From Camelus ferus (lineage: Eukaryota): a stretch of DNA of 64,000 nucleotides. Where the stretch lies: contig NC_045696.1 of the NCBI RefSeq assembly GCF_009834535.1, positions 85,624,001-85,688,000 of the forward strand, read 5' to 3'. The number at the start of each line of letters is the position of its first letter. Position 1 is the first letter of the stretch. The notes under the pieces are model-generated. The model was not told the DNA's origin and did not search any database. It worked only from the letters and a program-made list of their open reading frames with translations. Shown here one piece after another: positions 1-13,582 of this stretch. The translations under genes and the position numbers were made by a program.

Positions 1-2011
1 CTAAGTAAACTATACTATTTCTTGAGAATTTAAGTTTTTGTGTAGATTGTAAAAATTATAAAAGTATATTATGTGAAAATAATGAGGAAATAGTAATTTT
101 AATAATGAAACAAAATACATTAGTAAAAGATGTACTAATGCATTCCCAAATACTTAAGCAATCAAAAACTATCATATAAAATGTATGTATCTATTAACTA
201 CAGAACATTAACTTTTGAATATTTTTCACAAAAGAATCTGTTTTTGAACCAATGTGGCTTTACAATATGCTGCTTTTTAGTTTACTTTGGTATACCAAAT
301 GGCCTAACTCTAAGCAAGAATCATTTGAAAAAATTATAAGTATGGAAACTGTAAATACCTAGAAGTTGAACCTTATAGTTTTAAATTAAGAAAATTGAAG
401 CCCAGTGAGATTAAATACTTTCACAAAATCACAATGTTAGAAGAGGAGAAGCCAGTTCTAGAGATTCGGGTCTCCTGTCTAGCAGTTTATTTTTCCAATC
501 CATTATTTGAGCTATCATTTTCAATTAAATGTTAACTATGCTAAAAGTATACATAGAGAAATTAGAAACAAACAATTGAACATCTTATAAACTAAGCTGC
601 ATTTATCATTGTTAGCAATCTCATAAATATTCAGGAAAGTGAACATTTATAGTCACAAGTATATCAGATATTCTGAACTGTTATGAATGACATCATGGCA
701 AAATTTTAAACTTTTCAGTCTAAAAAGTAAACTTCATATTATGTAAGTCTCATCTTTTAGATTTTTACTAGCCATCATTAAATATTATTTTTATTTACAT
801 ACCTAAACCTCCTTGGATTAGTGGCACTGTTCATCAGTTCTAAAATTCAACATTCTATGTTTAATCAATTTAAATCTACTCATTCTATTAAAATAAATAA
901 TTAACTCTGGAACTCCAAAGAAAACGACCCTAAAGATAAATAAGCACGAAGGCAGAAGGACTGTTTTTCACTTTTATTACATGTAATTTATACCTTACAT
1001 GAATTAGGACTGAGCACACTCAATCTCACTAAATATGGAACTGTTCTCATCATTCAACAAACCTCTGTCTCACCCATCTTACAGGTTATCTCTTCTCAAG
1101 CCCAGCTTCTAGCAACTTTCCACTTAGTCACAAAGGCAACTGCAGGTACAGTTTTTAGGGTGATTTTCTTTCCAAATTCAAAGCAAAAGAAGCAGTTCAG
1201 CTCACTGAAAAGGCTGACTCAAAGCAATAAATGTTTTTAGCACTGGGCTCTTCATTAGCAATAAAAAGTATGTTTCTGTCTGTTGTGGATCAAGGTCAAT
1301 GATTCTCAAGTAAACAGCTCCCTCCACTGGTCCAACCGTCACTGTATGCTCTGAAGTCTAAAGTCACTTCAGTTCCCCTACTACCAAGTTTGCATACAGA
1401 CCACAGAATGCTAGAGCTGCTTGAGAATTTAGAAACACTGAATTAAAAGGTGGGTCAGCCAGCAGCTAAGAGGCGACAGCCCCTGTAGAGTACGAAGATC
1501 TTAATGGAAATTTAATGAGATGAAGAAATACATATTAATATATTTAACTATCAGAACGCCTTTCAGGGACAGCAAGACTGAGACTTGGAAAACGCACTCT
1601 AAAAAGTAGTTCGCAGTTTTGAGAGAATATGATAACAGAGGGAGAACCAATGATTTCTAAACTACCATCAAAGGATAATGGGTCCAGCTGGGCTTTTGTC
1701 TCACCGGTTGGGTATTAAAGTCTACGGATTGAACTGAATTGCTTGGGCCATAGTAGGGATTGACTATTCTGTTATATTTCTTTGCCCTTTTCTCATAAAA
1801 AAAATCTTCCCCTCCTAAAGGATAAATATATTTTCAATTTGAGAGGATAATCATCATTAGCGTATCTGGGGTGTCTATATTTCTTTGTCAGTCCAACTTC
1901 TTTATTTTACAAGTGAGGAAGTTCAAAAAGATAAAATGGTTTACTAATAATGTTCTCACCTAAACCCTAGCCAGATTATGCAACACTTAATCTGGTGTTC
2001 TGTATAGAGAA

Positions 2012-2225
2012 CAGTGTTTTCAAAGTGTAATCCCCAGACCACCAGCAGCATGAGCATCCCTCAGACTTGTTAAGAATGCAGCCCTCAGACTTGTTAAGAA
2101 TGCAGAGTATTGCTACCCACTGCCCAACCTATCAAATCAGAAACTTGAGGTACATGGGGAAGAATCTGGGTTTAAGTAAGTCCTACAGATGATTATGATG
2201 CATATTAAAGTTTGAAAACTTTACT
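2012..2225. mobile_element. MER5A-like DNA transposon with an internal 24-bp tandem duplication
   Basis: cagtgttttcaaagtgt...ccccagaccaccagcagcat...aaatcagaaac...aagtttgaaaac. Confidence 0.8.
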
Positions 2226-2804
2226 TGACAGATGTAACCAACATTCTAAATTAAATTATTTAATAACATTAGTGGAAATGCAAAATTTCAACCACTGTTT
2301 ATGTACTAAATTTTAGCACATTAAATCAACTTGTGAGTTACGTTCAAACTGATCCTCTTCAGTCAATCAAAGGTGGACAAATTGTTCTCACTCATGCTGA
2401 CTGTATCCCTCCCAACATCCCATTCTATTTTGACCACAAATTCTATCCATTGTTCTAGTTCACTCACAAGACAATTCCTGTGTAATTTTTTTTTCTCCTA
2501 CAACTCAATAAGTTCCAAATCAAACTGGCTTTTCCCTATGACTATAGGCATATTTCTACTAAAGGAATTTTAACACTTTACTTACTGATTCACAATAACT
2601 GTCTTCCATTATAAGATTCTAAATGTTTGACAGGCCACAAAGTGTTTTATTCATCTTTGCGTATCATTCCTACCAACCCCCCACCAAGCAAAACATCTAG
2701 TGCAGAGTAAGCATTTAATAATACGTTTGTTAAATGAATGATTGGATTGATGAAACTTATCTGGTCCTCATGGTCTTTAAGATTCTTATAATCAACTGCC
2801 TTAA

Positions 2805-2975
2805 TGGAGAATTCTCTGCTCAACTAAAGAACTTAAAAATGACTGATTTCTGGATCCCTCCCAAACCCTACCAAAAGGCTCTGATATAATTGTTATGGAA
2901 CATGGTCAGGGCATCAGAATTTTAAAAAAATTCCTCAGGTAATTCTAATGCTAAGTCAAAGCTGAGAACCACTGA
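2805..2975. mobile_element. MER5B-like fragment
   Basis: tctgatataattg...gggcatcagaattttaaaa...caggtaattctaatg...gctgagaaccactg. Confidence 0.75.
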
Positions 2976-3649
2976 CCTAGAATGATCTCCAAGTCAGTAT
3001 CAAGAGTTGTATTAAAGTAACAGGAATCAAGCTGTACCACCACATCTACATCAAACGTATGTAAATATGTCTGGTTTAGATCCACTGAATTGGCTTACTG
3101 AGTTTACCATTTCCATGCAAAAAGAAGAAAAAATTGTTCACAAAGTTAGAGAATCCGATGTTTAGAAAGCAGTAATGAGGACAAACATTTCTACTAATGC
3201 AAATATACTCTAATTGCCTGAATTGTCTTAAATCCTTCCCCGGTTCCACATCTGACATGTTGACGTACTACTTTTATAGACAAAAATCTCACAAGTCTCT
3301 GTCCCAGTCAACAATAGTATTTTAGGATTCTTTGCAAGATTTATTTGCTTGGCTGGACAGTTTCTCAGAGCTGCACTCTGGTTCTTTAATGAAAATGCTA
3401 TTCTTGGCATATCAAGCCCTAGCGCCATCTATCTGAATTTCTAATAGACTTCTAATATAATGTTAATACATTCTTAGTTGGTACCCTTTTTGAAAAATTT
3501 CAAGCACTTCGATAATATGGGCCAGAAATTTAAAACTAGTGCTTCCATATATGTATAATGCACTATACTCAAAAAGAAAAGAGAAAAAAGGAAAAGGGAA
3601 AAGACAAAAGCATAGAAACCAGAACAGGAAGTTGTTGTTGTTTTTATTG

Positions 3650-3900
3650 TTTCATCTGGGAGATTTCATTTAAAATCTGAATTTCTGACTTTTAAAAAAA
3701 ATGAAAACTGGAATGTTTAGCAACACTGGGCATCAACCCTTCATGACACATGAAAAGGAAAGCCAGAAGCTACATCTCCAACACTCACTCCTTATAGGTT
3801 TCACTCTTCAGTTTGTCACAGTCCTTATGAAGATTACTTCACTAATTTATCAACTGCCTGGCTCTTGATAACCTACATTTAGGTGGGTCTCAAGTTTCAC
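3650..3900. mobile_element. Old repeat fragment, resembling L1MC4/5-associated 3' sequence
   Basis: aaatctgaatttctgactt...tttagcaacactgggc...cagtttgtcacagtcc...ctgcctggctc. Confidence 0.4.
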
Positions 3901-5183
3901 TAATAAGAGTATTAATGCTAAATGGGAAGATAGGGATAGCATGAAGCAAATTTTAAGTTAAATTCAGTTGAATTTTAAGTTAAATTCAGTTGAAGATGGT
4001 AAAGAGATTTCTGCCTATTAAGTCAACCTGATAACCTTATCTTTTTTTAAACCCAGTTCTACAAAGTGGTCAGGGTCTCATGAAAGCATCAACCTTCCAT
4101 TAATTGTGAACAGTCCAAGTGTTTTAAAAAAGAACTAAGGACAACATGTTTGGGAAGAAAAAAAAAAAGAAAGAAAAGGAAAAAAAATACATGGAGGAAG
4201 GAAATTTTAATTTAGGAAAAATGCCCTGGGTGTAGAGATGGTTTATGAATTCCAAATATCAATATGCCTTATAAGTTGTAATTCAGAAATGACTACATAA
4301 ATCAATTTATACATGTACATGTGCACACATAGTAGCAATTATTTCCTCATATTGTCATCCTTTCTTTTTGTTCTTGCTTACGTTTCAGATGATTGACACT
4401 TCCCAGTAGCTTTGTTTTGTGTATTTTGTCATTACAAATGCTCTGATGTGACTACAACTTTTGAAATATCTTTCTTGTTACAATCCAGCATATGTCAGAT
4501 ATAGGAATCTAGCCATTCTGATTTTCTTTTGAGCTACTTTTAACTTCACTGACTACATTTTCTTTGACTAACCTTCTTTGATCACTTTCTATGGTAGAAA
4601 TTTATTATGTCCCTTCACCCCTCCCTTTTAAGTTGGAAAGTTCTCTTCGGGTAATTACATTCTACGTCTATGAATCTCTAAGGCAAGAAAGAGAAGAACA
4701 AACTCTCTCTCAAATGTGCCAACAGAAAAAAATATTTCTGAGAAATATTTTAAAGACATAAATTTCAAAGTATTTTTCTCTTTCCATTATTTCTCTCAAC
4801 GCTGACAAATGGTCAAAGACTCAGACATAATAATGTTCTAGAACTATAGGATTTAATTTTGTATTAACAATTTTTTCATTGTCAGCTTTATCATCAATTT
4901 TGTTGTTGTTATTTTTGGACTGGGAGTTTGATATCAGAATGAAAGTCACTTCTTCATCTATTCTAGTTAGAACTAGAGAACATTTACTCCATTAGAGAAT
5001 AATTGGCAACCAATATTGTGGCATTCTCAGAGATTATGGTGACAGACTGTCATAGCTTTTCTAGCCAGTGAAAAAAGTGGCAGGATTCAGAATTTCTAGG
5101 GAATCACAAATACATACATTGATACATGCTATCTGAGTATCTATTTACCCGAGCTCATACCCCCTCCACCTGTATATTTAGCC

Positions 5184-5397
5184 CAGGGACTCACAACTTC
5201 AGTACTATTGACATTTTAGGCCAAATAGTTCTTTGTTTTGAGGGACTGTTGTGCACATTGCAAAATGTCTAACAGCATCTATAGCCTTTACCCACTAGAT
5301 GCCAGTAGCAACCCCCAAGTCATGTGGTGACAATCAAGAATGCTTTCTTGCCAAATGTCCCTTGGAGAGCAAAGCTGCCCCCTGTTGAGAACCACTG
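5184..5397 (+). mobile_element. MER20 DNA transposon
   Basis: actattgacattttaggcc...tacccactagatgccagtagca...gttgagaaccactg. Confidence 0.9.
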
Positions 5398-5989
5398 ATT
5401 TATTCTATGTTAAATGGATATGCCCACTCATCTCTAAGAAAGATTTTGGATATGACTTTAGGTAAAACTCAAAAGAGTTAATATCTAGTAATATTATTTG
5501 AGCTGAATTGTAAATAATTACAGTCATCACTGGTAAATAGTTACAGAGCACCAACAATATGCAAATTTCACTCTCCTTTTTGGTCTTATTAAAATTCAAT
5601 ATGAGAAATAGGGTCAGACTTGCATAATGTCTTAATCGGGCATGATATGTTTTCAGGGAGTTAGAAAGTTACTTTTGAACCAAAAAATGTTTCCCATATT
5701 AATTGTAATTCTTAACAGCTTTTAAATTGTCTAATATTCTAAAAATTAAAGACATGGTTCAATAAGTTTCTGATACTCCAAAATATGTTTCATGGTAACG
5801 ATAGATGTTTTGAATAATCTCAACTTTACCTGGGTTTGTGTATTCTGATTTGTCTTACTACTGCTGTAGTTGAGATATACATACCAGTAACACACATTTT
5901 TGATGAGTCAGAAGAAAATGAGAAGGTTAAATTTTACTTCTTTATGCTCTTTAAATGAAAGAAGGTTATGATGACAGTATTGAAATTTA

Positions 5990-6241
5990 TGTGAGATCTG
6001 TGCTCCCCGAAAACAGAAAAGGTTAAGACACCCCCCAATTGCCTATGTTCAAAGAAATGGTAGAACTGCCCATGAGCATTCTAAGAAAAAATCCAATTCC
6101 ATCTTTCTTCAATCACTCCTTTGTTTTATGAAATTTCTAGCTGTCTCCTTAAGATGTTCACCATTGATGAACATTCACCCTACTATAAGAGCCAGAATAA
6201 AATCACATCCTTAATTGTTTGGTGCATTTACGTCTTTCATA
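5990..6241 (+). mobile_element. Possible ERV1-type LTR remnant
   Basis: U5-like end aataaaatcacatccttaattgtttggtgcatttacgtctttca; family not identified. Confidence 0.35.
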
Positions 6242-6639
6242 ATAGCTTTTCAAATCCATTTCTTTTCTGTTCGTTTGCATGGCCTTTTTGGTTCATTTTG
6301 TTTTTATTTATCTGTATTCAGGTAGGGTGAGTGGAGGAGTCTTAGTAGTCTCTGAAGATCATGAGACAATCTCACAAAATATCCTTGAGCAATCTATCAT
6401 TTAACAAGATTCCCAGATTATTCATACACACATTCAAATTTGAGTTGCAGTATCTAAAACTTTCCCTAGGCATTCCTTCTAGTAATATGGAAGCTGTTAC
6501 ATTTTCTATCTTTCTGAGCTTCTACTTATATCTAGTGATTTTCTTTTGTTATTAGAATTCAAAGTGGGTAAAGTTACACCTGAACCACAATGAATGTCAT
6601 CATTTCTGTAACATACCAGGTTCTTTAATACCGGCCTTT

Positions 6640-7520
6640 GTATGTTTCTCAGCCTAAAATGACCTCCTCTGCTATCAAAATCTACTCACTGTATTTATAA
6701 TTATACATATCTTTCTCAATATACACACATATCTCTAGATCATGAACATACCAGAACCTGAGACTATATTTTTTTCATCTTATCATTAGCATTTGGAAAA
6801 ATAATTGGAACACAGTGTGTGTTCAGTATATATTCAGTTAATTACCTGAATGAATAAAAAGGACACAAGAAAAGGAGTTATATTCATTTAATTATCTAAC
6901 AAGTAATTATGAAGAACTTAATTCCTTAGTAAACACTATTTCAAGTGATAGGAGTCAGAGGTGAGCAAGATATACAAGGTTCTTACCCACGATTAGCAAT
7001 GAGAATGTTATGATATGTACTTTAAAGTAGTATTAAGTATGAAGCTGATAAAGTTGATATTTATAGAGTATCTACTTTACATAGAAGAAGGCCCCTTACA
7101 TACAGAATATTTGAGTTGAGACTGGACAAGTGAAGGGCCTGATATATACACATGGAGAGGCAAGTGATAGTGTATTATAAGCAGAGGGAAGAAGAAAGGC
7201 CAAGGTCTAAAGACAAGAAAAACGTTTGGTGTTTTCAACAGAAAGGAGGCCAGCCAGTGTGGCTGAATCATGGCAAGTAATGAGAGAAGTAACATGAACT
7301 GTGAATGAAGAGAGAGATTTAAATTTTAAAACATCACTGTTACTGCTGTATGAAGAAGGGATGAGTAGCAAGAGTTAAAAAATATGAAGTAGAATGCAGC
7401 AAAGATAAACTTAACCTAATTTGAAGTTTTACCTGAATCAATAGTGCTAAAAGGATAAGATGATATTCCAAAAACAAAAGTAATTCACTGGACAGAGGGA
7501 GAAGCAAGGATAGGCAAGAG
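6640..7520. mobile_element. Tail-to-tail L2 fragments (+ about 6640-6857; - about 6880-7520)
   Basis: tgaatgaataaa tail on +; ttcatttaatt...caaggttcttaccc...aaggccaaggtct...aggaggccagccagtgtggctg on -. Confidence 0.65.
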
Positions 7521-7587
7521 AAAATGTCACTTCTTACATATTGCCAGGAGTTTGTCTGCCAGAGACTTAGGAGGAGGTCTTTTAGAT

Positions 7588-7732
7588 CAGCGTTTCTCAC
7601 ACTTTAATTCGCATAAGACAATCTGGTCATCTGTTAAAATGCAGATTCTAATTCAATAGGTCTGAAGTAGGGCCCTAGACTCTGCACTGTTAACTAACGC
7701 TGGTGGTCTGCAGACACACTTGGAATAGCAAG
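7588..7732. mobile_element. MER5A1-like element
   Basis: cagcgtttctcacactttaa...gttaaaatgcagattctaattcaataggtctg...cacacttggaatagcaagg. Confidence 0.75.
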
Positions 7733-10140
7733 GTTTCAGATGATGGCCAAACCAAGGTAAAGGTATATAATGTGTTATGAAAAGAAACAGAAAGATTAAT
7801 AAGAGATTTTGAAAACAAAATTGAAGGCTGCCATGACTGGTTTCAGGAATCCTCTACTGCTATATCAAGTAGTCAGGTGCAAGGGCTTAGACAAACTTAC
7901 TTCTGATTTATGTAGGCTACTGTTAGGTACTGGTCAATTTTTTCCTACAATTGTTTATGATTCCTTAACTCTGAAAGCTTTAAAAGAGACACGGAATCTC
8001 AAAACCACACTGAAGACCTACTAGTGTCTCAGTTCCCTTAGCTTTATTTTGCAGAATCAGTTTATAAAACATTAGTGTTGGTATTTTACCCTTTGGGTCG
8101 GTCAAAGCCACATATTCTGTTCTGCAGTATGTTGTAATAGGGTTCCTCAACTCTTAAAATCACTTCTTCCTTAAAAGACTTATTTATCTACTAATTTGTT
8201 GTTAGAACATTGACAGAATTGAGAACATATACTAGAATGAGTAAAAGTAAACACTTTTACTAAAATGTCTTTTTAAAATTAGTTTTACTTCACATATTTT
8301 TGGAATGAGTAAAGTAACAAAATGAACCTTAGAAGGATTTAAAGATTGGAATTCTGACTTTACAATTTAGTTCATTGATTTGGAACTACATAAAGCATCT
8401 CAATATTAAAGAATGGACAGTCAGATCAAGGAATTAGTCACATTAAATTTAACATTTACTTTCCATTAATTGAAGATAATAGTTAAATGAATGGTTTCTA
8501 ATTTTCTCCCATGGCATTTTGAGTTTTATAACATACATTTCAGAGAATACCCTAAAACAGACGTTATTTTTTATGATTAACACACTTTCACATCACAGAT
8601 ATTATTTCAGTGTTTTAAATATTACATACCCCTGTGTTTCTCTGGGTAAAAATTTCAAAATAGTACATTGAGGATTAACCGATTTTCTGTTTCCTAACAC
8701 ATTTGGGAAAAAACATTGTTAAAAATAAGAAACCCCTATTTTCAGTATTGCACAGGCACACAATTACAGAGATCACAGTTCAGGACAAACTGCAGTGAAT
8801 ACCATGATTTAGGAATATGCAACTCTAACAAAAGCATAACATGATTTCTTTCTTCTTTAAAAGGTTAAATCATAATATCAGTATCTTGAATTTCACACAT
8901 TTCATCTTCATCTAGCTTTATAAAAAATCACACCAAACATCAAAATCTTACCTTCTGTCTGGGAGAACTATAACTCATTGCTTTTGGAAGTTTTAATCTT
9001 CTTGCTACTATTTTCCTTTCTGAAATATTTTCAAACTTTAAAAATTCTTCCCTTTTTAATTTCTTTACAAAGTATCCAGTGTTTCACTTCTCACTCACCA
9101 GGGTGAGTAATATCAGGGTGTGCAAAAGGCTTACTAGCACACTAAATTTCAACTCAGAACTTTCTTTAAACTCAATATGCAGGTCAACCAAAAAGACCTC
9201 CAGTTCATCTCAAAACTTTTCAGAGACAGTCAAATGATTAAAAAAACAGGATCAATTTTAGTACAATAATGTGGACCATCCCTTGACATCAGTGCCCAAT
9301 ACCGACACACACTCATCAAATTCACCTCAGGCCTAAAAACCAACTGGTCTTAGTCTCTCACTTTTCTCATAATTTATTGATGAGTTGAATTAATAAAAGT
9401 ATGTTAATCTTATGACTGACAGTTAAAATGGATTTCTTTCACAATGATCTTCATACAGCCTTTTAGAAATAGATGGAAATCTGTGATTTGAATATAGGAG
9501 AAATTGTAACAAAGTGGGAAGACTCAACAAAAGAAAGGAAATGGCTCTATAAGTAGGAGGAATTCAGTACAGAATAGGCACCCTTATGTCATATTAAACT
9601 TTGGAAATTCCATTTGAAATTATAAATATCATCCTTTTTAATACCATATACTTTCAAAGAAGTAAATGTCAATTTTGATTACATTGGAATATATTTAGAA
9701 CATGTTTCTAGTTTTCCCAATTTGGGTTGGCAAGATTGGCGAACTATTCTTGAGATTTCCCAGATATATAAAGAGGGCTTTGAAAGGCCTTATTAGGATT
9801 TCTATTACTTATGAAATTCATAGTAGAAAACATCTCCTTCTTTTCAAGTATAATTAATCAAGGTCTCAAATATCAACTTCTTTTAAAAGTGTGTAAACAA
9901 TAAATGTTCTAGTATTGCAGATTATGCAACTCTTACATGTAACAAGGAGAACTCAGGGCAGATATTCATGTTTGTATCTCACTGCCTTGTTAAATTTCTT
10001 TAGTGGGGGTAGTCCTTTTCTTATCTTTGAATAAAAACTCATGCAGGTTCTTAAAATTTCTCAACTCACTCTCAAGTAATAGAAAGTCACTTTGAGTCAC
10101 AAAATGTAGTCTATGTTCAATAATTAAAAGTGAACTTTTT

Positions 10141-11525
10141 GACAGCTGCTTCTGGTCAAGATGGAGTGAAAGAAACCAAATTTACCTTCCCACCTGAACC
10201 AAACGAACAACTGGGGAAAATATATGAAACAATGGCTTTTAAGACACAGGGCACCAGGCAATGAAGGACAATAGTATTTGAGAGAAAAGAACAAATGAGG
10301 TGAGGGAAAAAAATAAACTTTAATTCAGAATACCACCATATACAAAGATAACTCTAACTGGATCATGATTTAAATGTAAAAACTAAAACTATAAAACTTC
10401 CAGAAAAAAAAATGAAAATCTGTGTGTCCTTGAGTTAGGAAAAGGTTTCTTAGATACAATACCAAACTGAGGATCAAAGAAATATCAAATTGATGATTTG
10501 AATTTTATTACAATTAGAAATTTCTGTTCTTCAAAAGACATGATTTAAGCCACAGAGACAATACTTGTAAATCACATATCTGATAAAGGACTTGTGTACA
10601 GAATACCTACAGTACTCTCAAAAATCAATATGAAAACAAGCAACTTAAAAATAAATGAGCAAAAATTTGAACAGACATTCACTTTACCATGGGAGATACA
10701 CAAATGGCAAATATAGTCATGAAAAACACTATGACTAATGAAGATGTATGGACAGAGGCTGAGTTCACGAAAAGATGTTCAACATTTGTTACTAGGGAAA
10801 TGCAAATTAAAACCACAGTCTGATACCACTAAACACATATTTGAATAGATAACATTTAAAAGACAGACAATACCAAATATTATCAATGAGGTGGAACAAC
10901 TAGAATTCTCACATGCTACTGGTAGAAATGTAAATTGGTAAAACTACTTTGGAAAACAGTTTGGCAGTTTCCTAAAAAGTTAAACATACACTTTCCACAT
11001 GATCCAGCCATTTCGCTCTTAGATATTTTCCCAAGAAAGATGTCAGTACAGTGACTTGTACACAGATGTTTAGGGAATCTTTATTTGTAATAGCCCCAAA
11101 GTAGAAACAACCTAAATATCCATCAACAGGCTAATGAATAATCAAAGTGTGATACATCCATACAATAGAAAAAGCTGTTGATACATGTAATACTATGAAT
11201 AAGTCTCAAAACACATTGAGTGAAAAAGACTAAAAAAACCGGAGTTCATACTGTAGTATTTCATTTACATAAAATCCTAGAAAATGCAAACTAATCTAAA
11301 GTGACCAAAAGCAGAACAGTATTTGGCTGGAACAGAGAAGGGAGGGAGAGGAAGAGGGAGGAATAACAAAGAGGCATGAGAAAACTTTTGGGAGTGATGA
11401 GTATGTTCACTATCTTGAGTGTAGCTGATGGTTTCATGGGTATGTGCATATGTTAAAACAATTAATTGTATATTTTATATATATGCAGTTGACTGGGTGT
11501 CAATTATATCTCAAAACTATTGAAC
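10141..11525 (+). mobile_element. Old L1 (L1MC/L1MD-like): 5' UTR start joined to ORF2 end and 3' UTR
   Basis: 10148-10303 resembles an L1M 5' end (cttctggtcaagatggagt...caaatgaggtgag); 10305-11525 is decayed ORF2 end and 3' UTR (gaaaacttttgggagtgatgagtatgttcactatcttgag). Confidence 0.85.
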
Positions 11526-11878
11526 AAAACTGATCATTTTAAGATGTGTTTCTGGTTTCATTCACAATGCTCTAAACATTCCATTTGTTTCAATCATATT
11601 CAACACTTTCATCTTCATTTAAGGAAATATGACTTCATCTTGCAACAAATAGCTTGGGCTGATTGCTTTTGAGGAAGAGGATTTAGGTAACTTCTTTTTT
11701 TCCTCACTCAGGAACTAATGTTTTTGACACTTGTGGGACAGAACTTGAAAGAGATAAGAGGTGTAAAAAATTCTGATTTGACTGCCACTATCATGTAATG
11801 GATTGACAATCTCTAGGGTCTGGCAGAAATTCAAAGCCGACTTTTTCCCTCTAGGACATTTCTGTAGGTTCTCTAGAA

Positions 11879-13016
11879 CTGAACTGTCCAAATGGTATTG
11901 GTCCAATTTGAAGCAACCGAGCACTTAAAATGTGGCTACTCTAAAATATATGCTGATTTCAAAGGCATAGAACAAAAAAAGGAATGCAAAGTATCTCATT
12001 GATATTTTTATTTTGACTATAATCTTGAAATAAAAATACATTAAATATCTTAAAATATATTTTCAATTAGAAAAATGGAAAATAATCTAAATTATTAAAT
12101 GTCTTTAAGAATAATTTCCTCACACCAGTCAGAATGGCCATTATTCAAAAATCCACAAATGACAAATGCTGGAGAGGCTATGGAGAAAGGGGAACTCTCC
12201 TACACTGTTGGTGGGAATGCAGTTTGGTGCAGCCACTATGGAAAACAGTATGGAGATTCCTCAAAAGAGTAGGAATAGACTTACCATATGACCCAGGAAT
12301 CCCGCTCCTAGGCTTATATCCAGAAGGAACCCTACTTCAGGATGACACCAATGTTCATAGCAGCACTATTTACAATAGCCAAGACATGGAAACAGCCTAA
12401 ATGTCCATCAACGGATGACTGGATAAAGAAGATGTATATTTATACAATGGAATACTATTCAGCCATAAAAACTGACAACATAACGCCATTTGCAGCAACA
12501 TGGATGCTCCTGGAGAATGTCATTCTAAGTGAAGTAAGCCAGAAAGAGAAAGAAAAATACCATATGAGATCGCTCATATGTGGAATCTAAAAAACAAAAA
12601 CAAAAAACAAAGCATAAATACAAAACAGAAATAGACTCATAGACATAGAATACAAACTTGTGGTTGCCAAGGGGGTGGAGGGTGGGAAGGGATAGACGGG
12701 ATTTTGAAATTGTAGAATAGATAAACAAGATTATACTGTAAAGCACAGGGAAATATACACAAGATCTTATGGTAGCTCACATAAGAGAAAAAAAAGTGAG
12801 AAAAAAAGTGACAATGAATATATATATGTTCGTGTATAACTGAAAAATTGTGCTCTACACTGGAATTTGACACAACATTGTAAAATGATTATAAATCAAT
12901 AAAAAATGTTAAAAAAAAGAATAATTTCACTTCTTTCGTTTCCATTTTTTTTTTAAATGTGACTACTAGAAAGTTTAAAATCACATATGTGGTTCACATT
13001 ATAATGGGCAGTGCTG
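11879..13016. mobile_element. MER33-like hAT-Charlie DNA transposon, split by the young L1
   Basis: Left part ctgaactgtccaa...gagcacttaaaatgtggcta...gatttcaaag; right part aatgtgactactagaaagtttaaaatcacatatgtgg...gggcagtgctg. Confidence 0.8.
12119..12916 (+). mobile_element. Young 5'-truncated LINE-1 (ORF2 C-terminus, 3' UTR, polyA) with 12-bp TSD
   Basis: ORF2 C-terminal peptides [34 protein letters not shown] and [28 protein letters not shown] plus A-tail; TSD aagaataatttc at 12107-12118 and 12917-12928. Confidence 0.95.
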
Positions 13017-13222
13017 TTCAAGAGAATTTCCTCTTATGCCCTCTTATATACCTGCCTTGGCAGTGGCAGTGCCCTTCCTTCAGTTGGTTACTTCAAATAC
13101 ATCCTTGGTTTGTGCCCCAGTGATACACCCCATTATACTTACTACCAGAGTTCCTTCACATTGAAGGCAGAGACTCTAGGCTGACATTCCCTTTGTGGGT
13201 TCCTCAGCTGAAACCTGGGATT

Positions 13223-13582
13223 TGTGATGGATACTGTGATGCACTGCCCAGGTGCTCCTTCAGGAAAGAAGAATTTAATCCCCCTCTTAGTGGGAGGGTT
13301 ACACTCAACTCTCAGCCCTCTTTGGGGATGTCTTACCTATGGTCACAGTTCCTTCCATGGGTAGCCAGTGTCCCAAGACTGATTAACATGGGGAGATAAA
13401 GGATCTGCCCTCTTGTACTACCTCGGGTAAACTCTGAAGAGCTATTCAGCCTTGCAGCCCTACTTCCCCTTCAGCCCTCCCTTCCACAGGTGTTGATCCC
13501 AACAATACTCACTAAAAACAATTTTCATGAGCTATCTGATCCCTCTTTCAGAGTTTGCTTCCTGTGATGGCAACGTGCAACA
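13223..13582 (+). mobile_element. LTR16-family ERVL solo LTR
   Basis: tgtgatggatactgtgatgcactgccca...cccttccacaggtgttgatccc...tcagagtttgcttcctg...gcaaca. Confidence 0.8.

Noticed and set aside
9093..9108. actcacc-ag-ggtgagt inverted repeat giving back-to-back donors
   Set aside because: 7-bp arms are expected by chance and no partner exon is evident.
12134..12590. Two ORFs with L1 ORF2 homology as a host gene
   Set aside because: Frameshifted end of a truncated L1.
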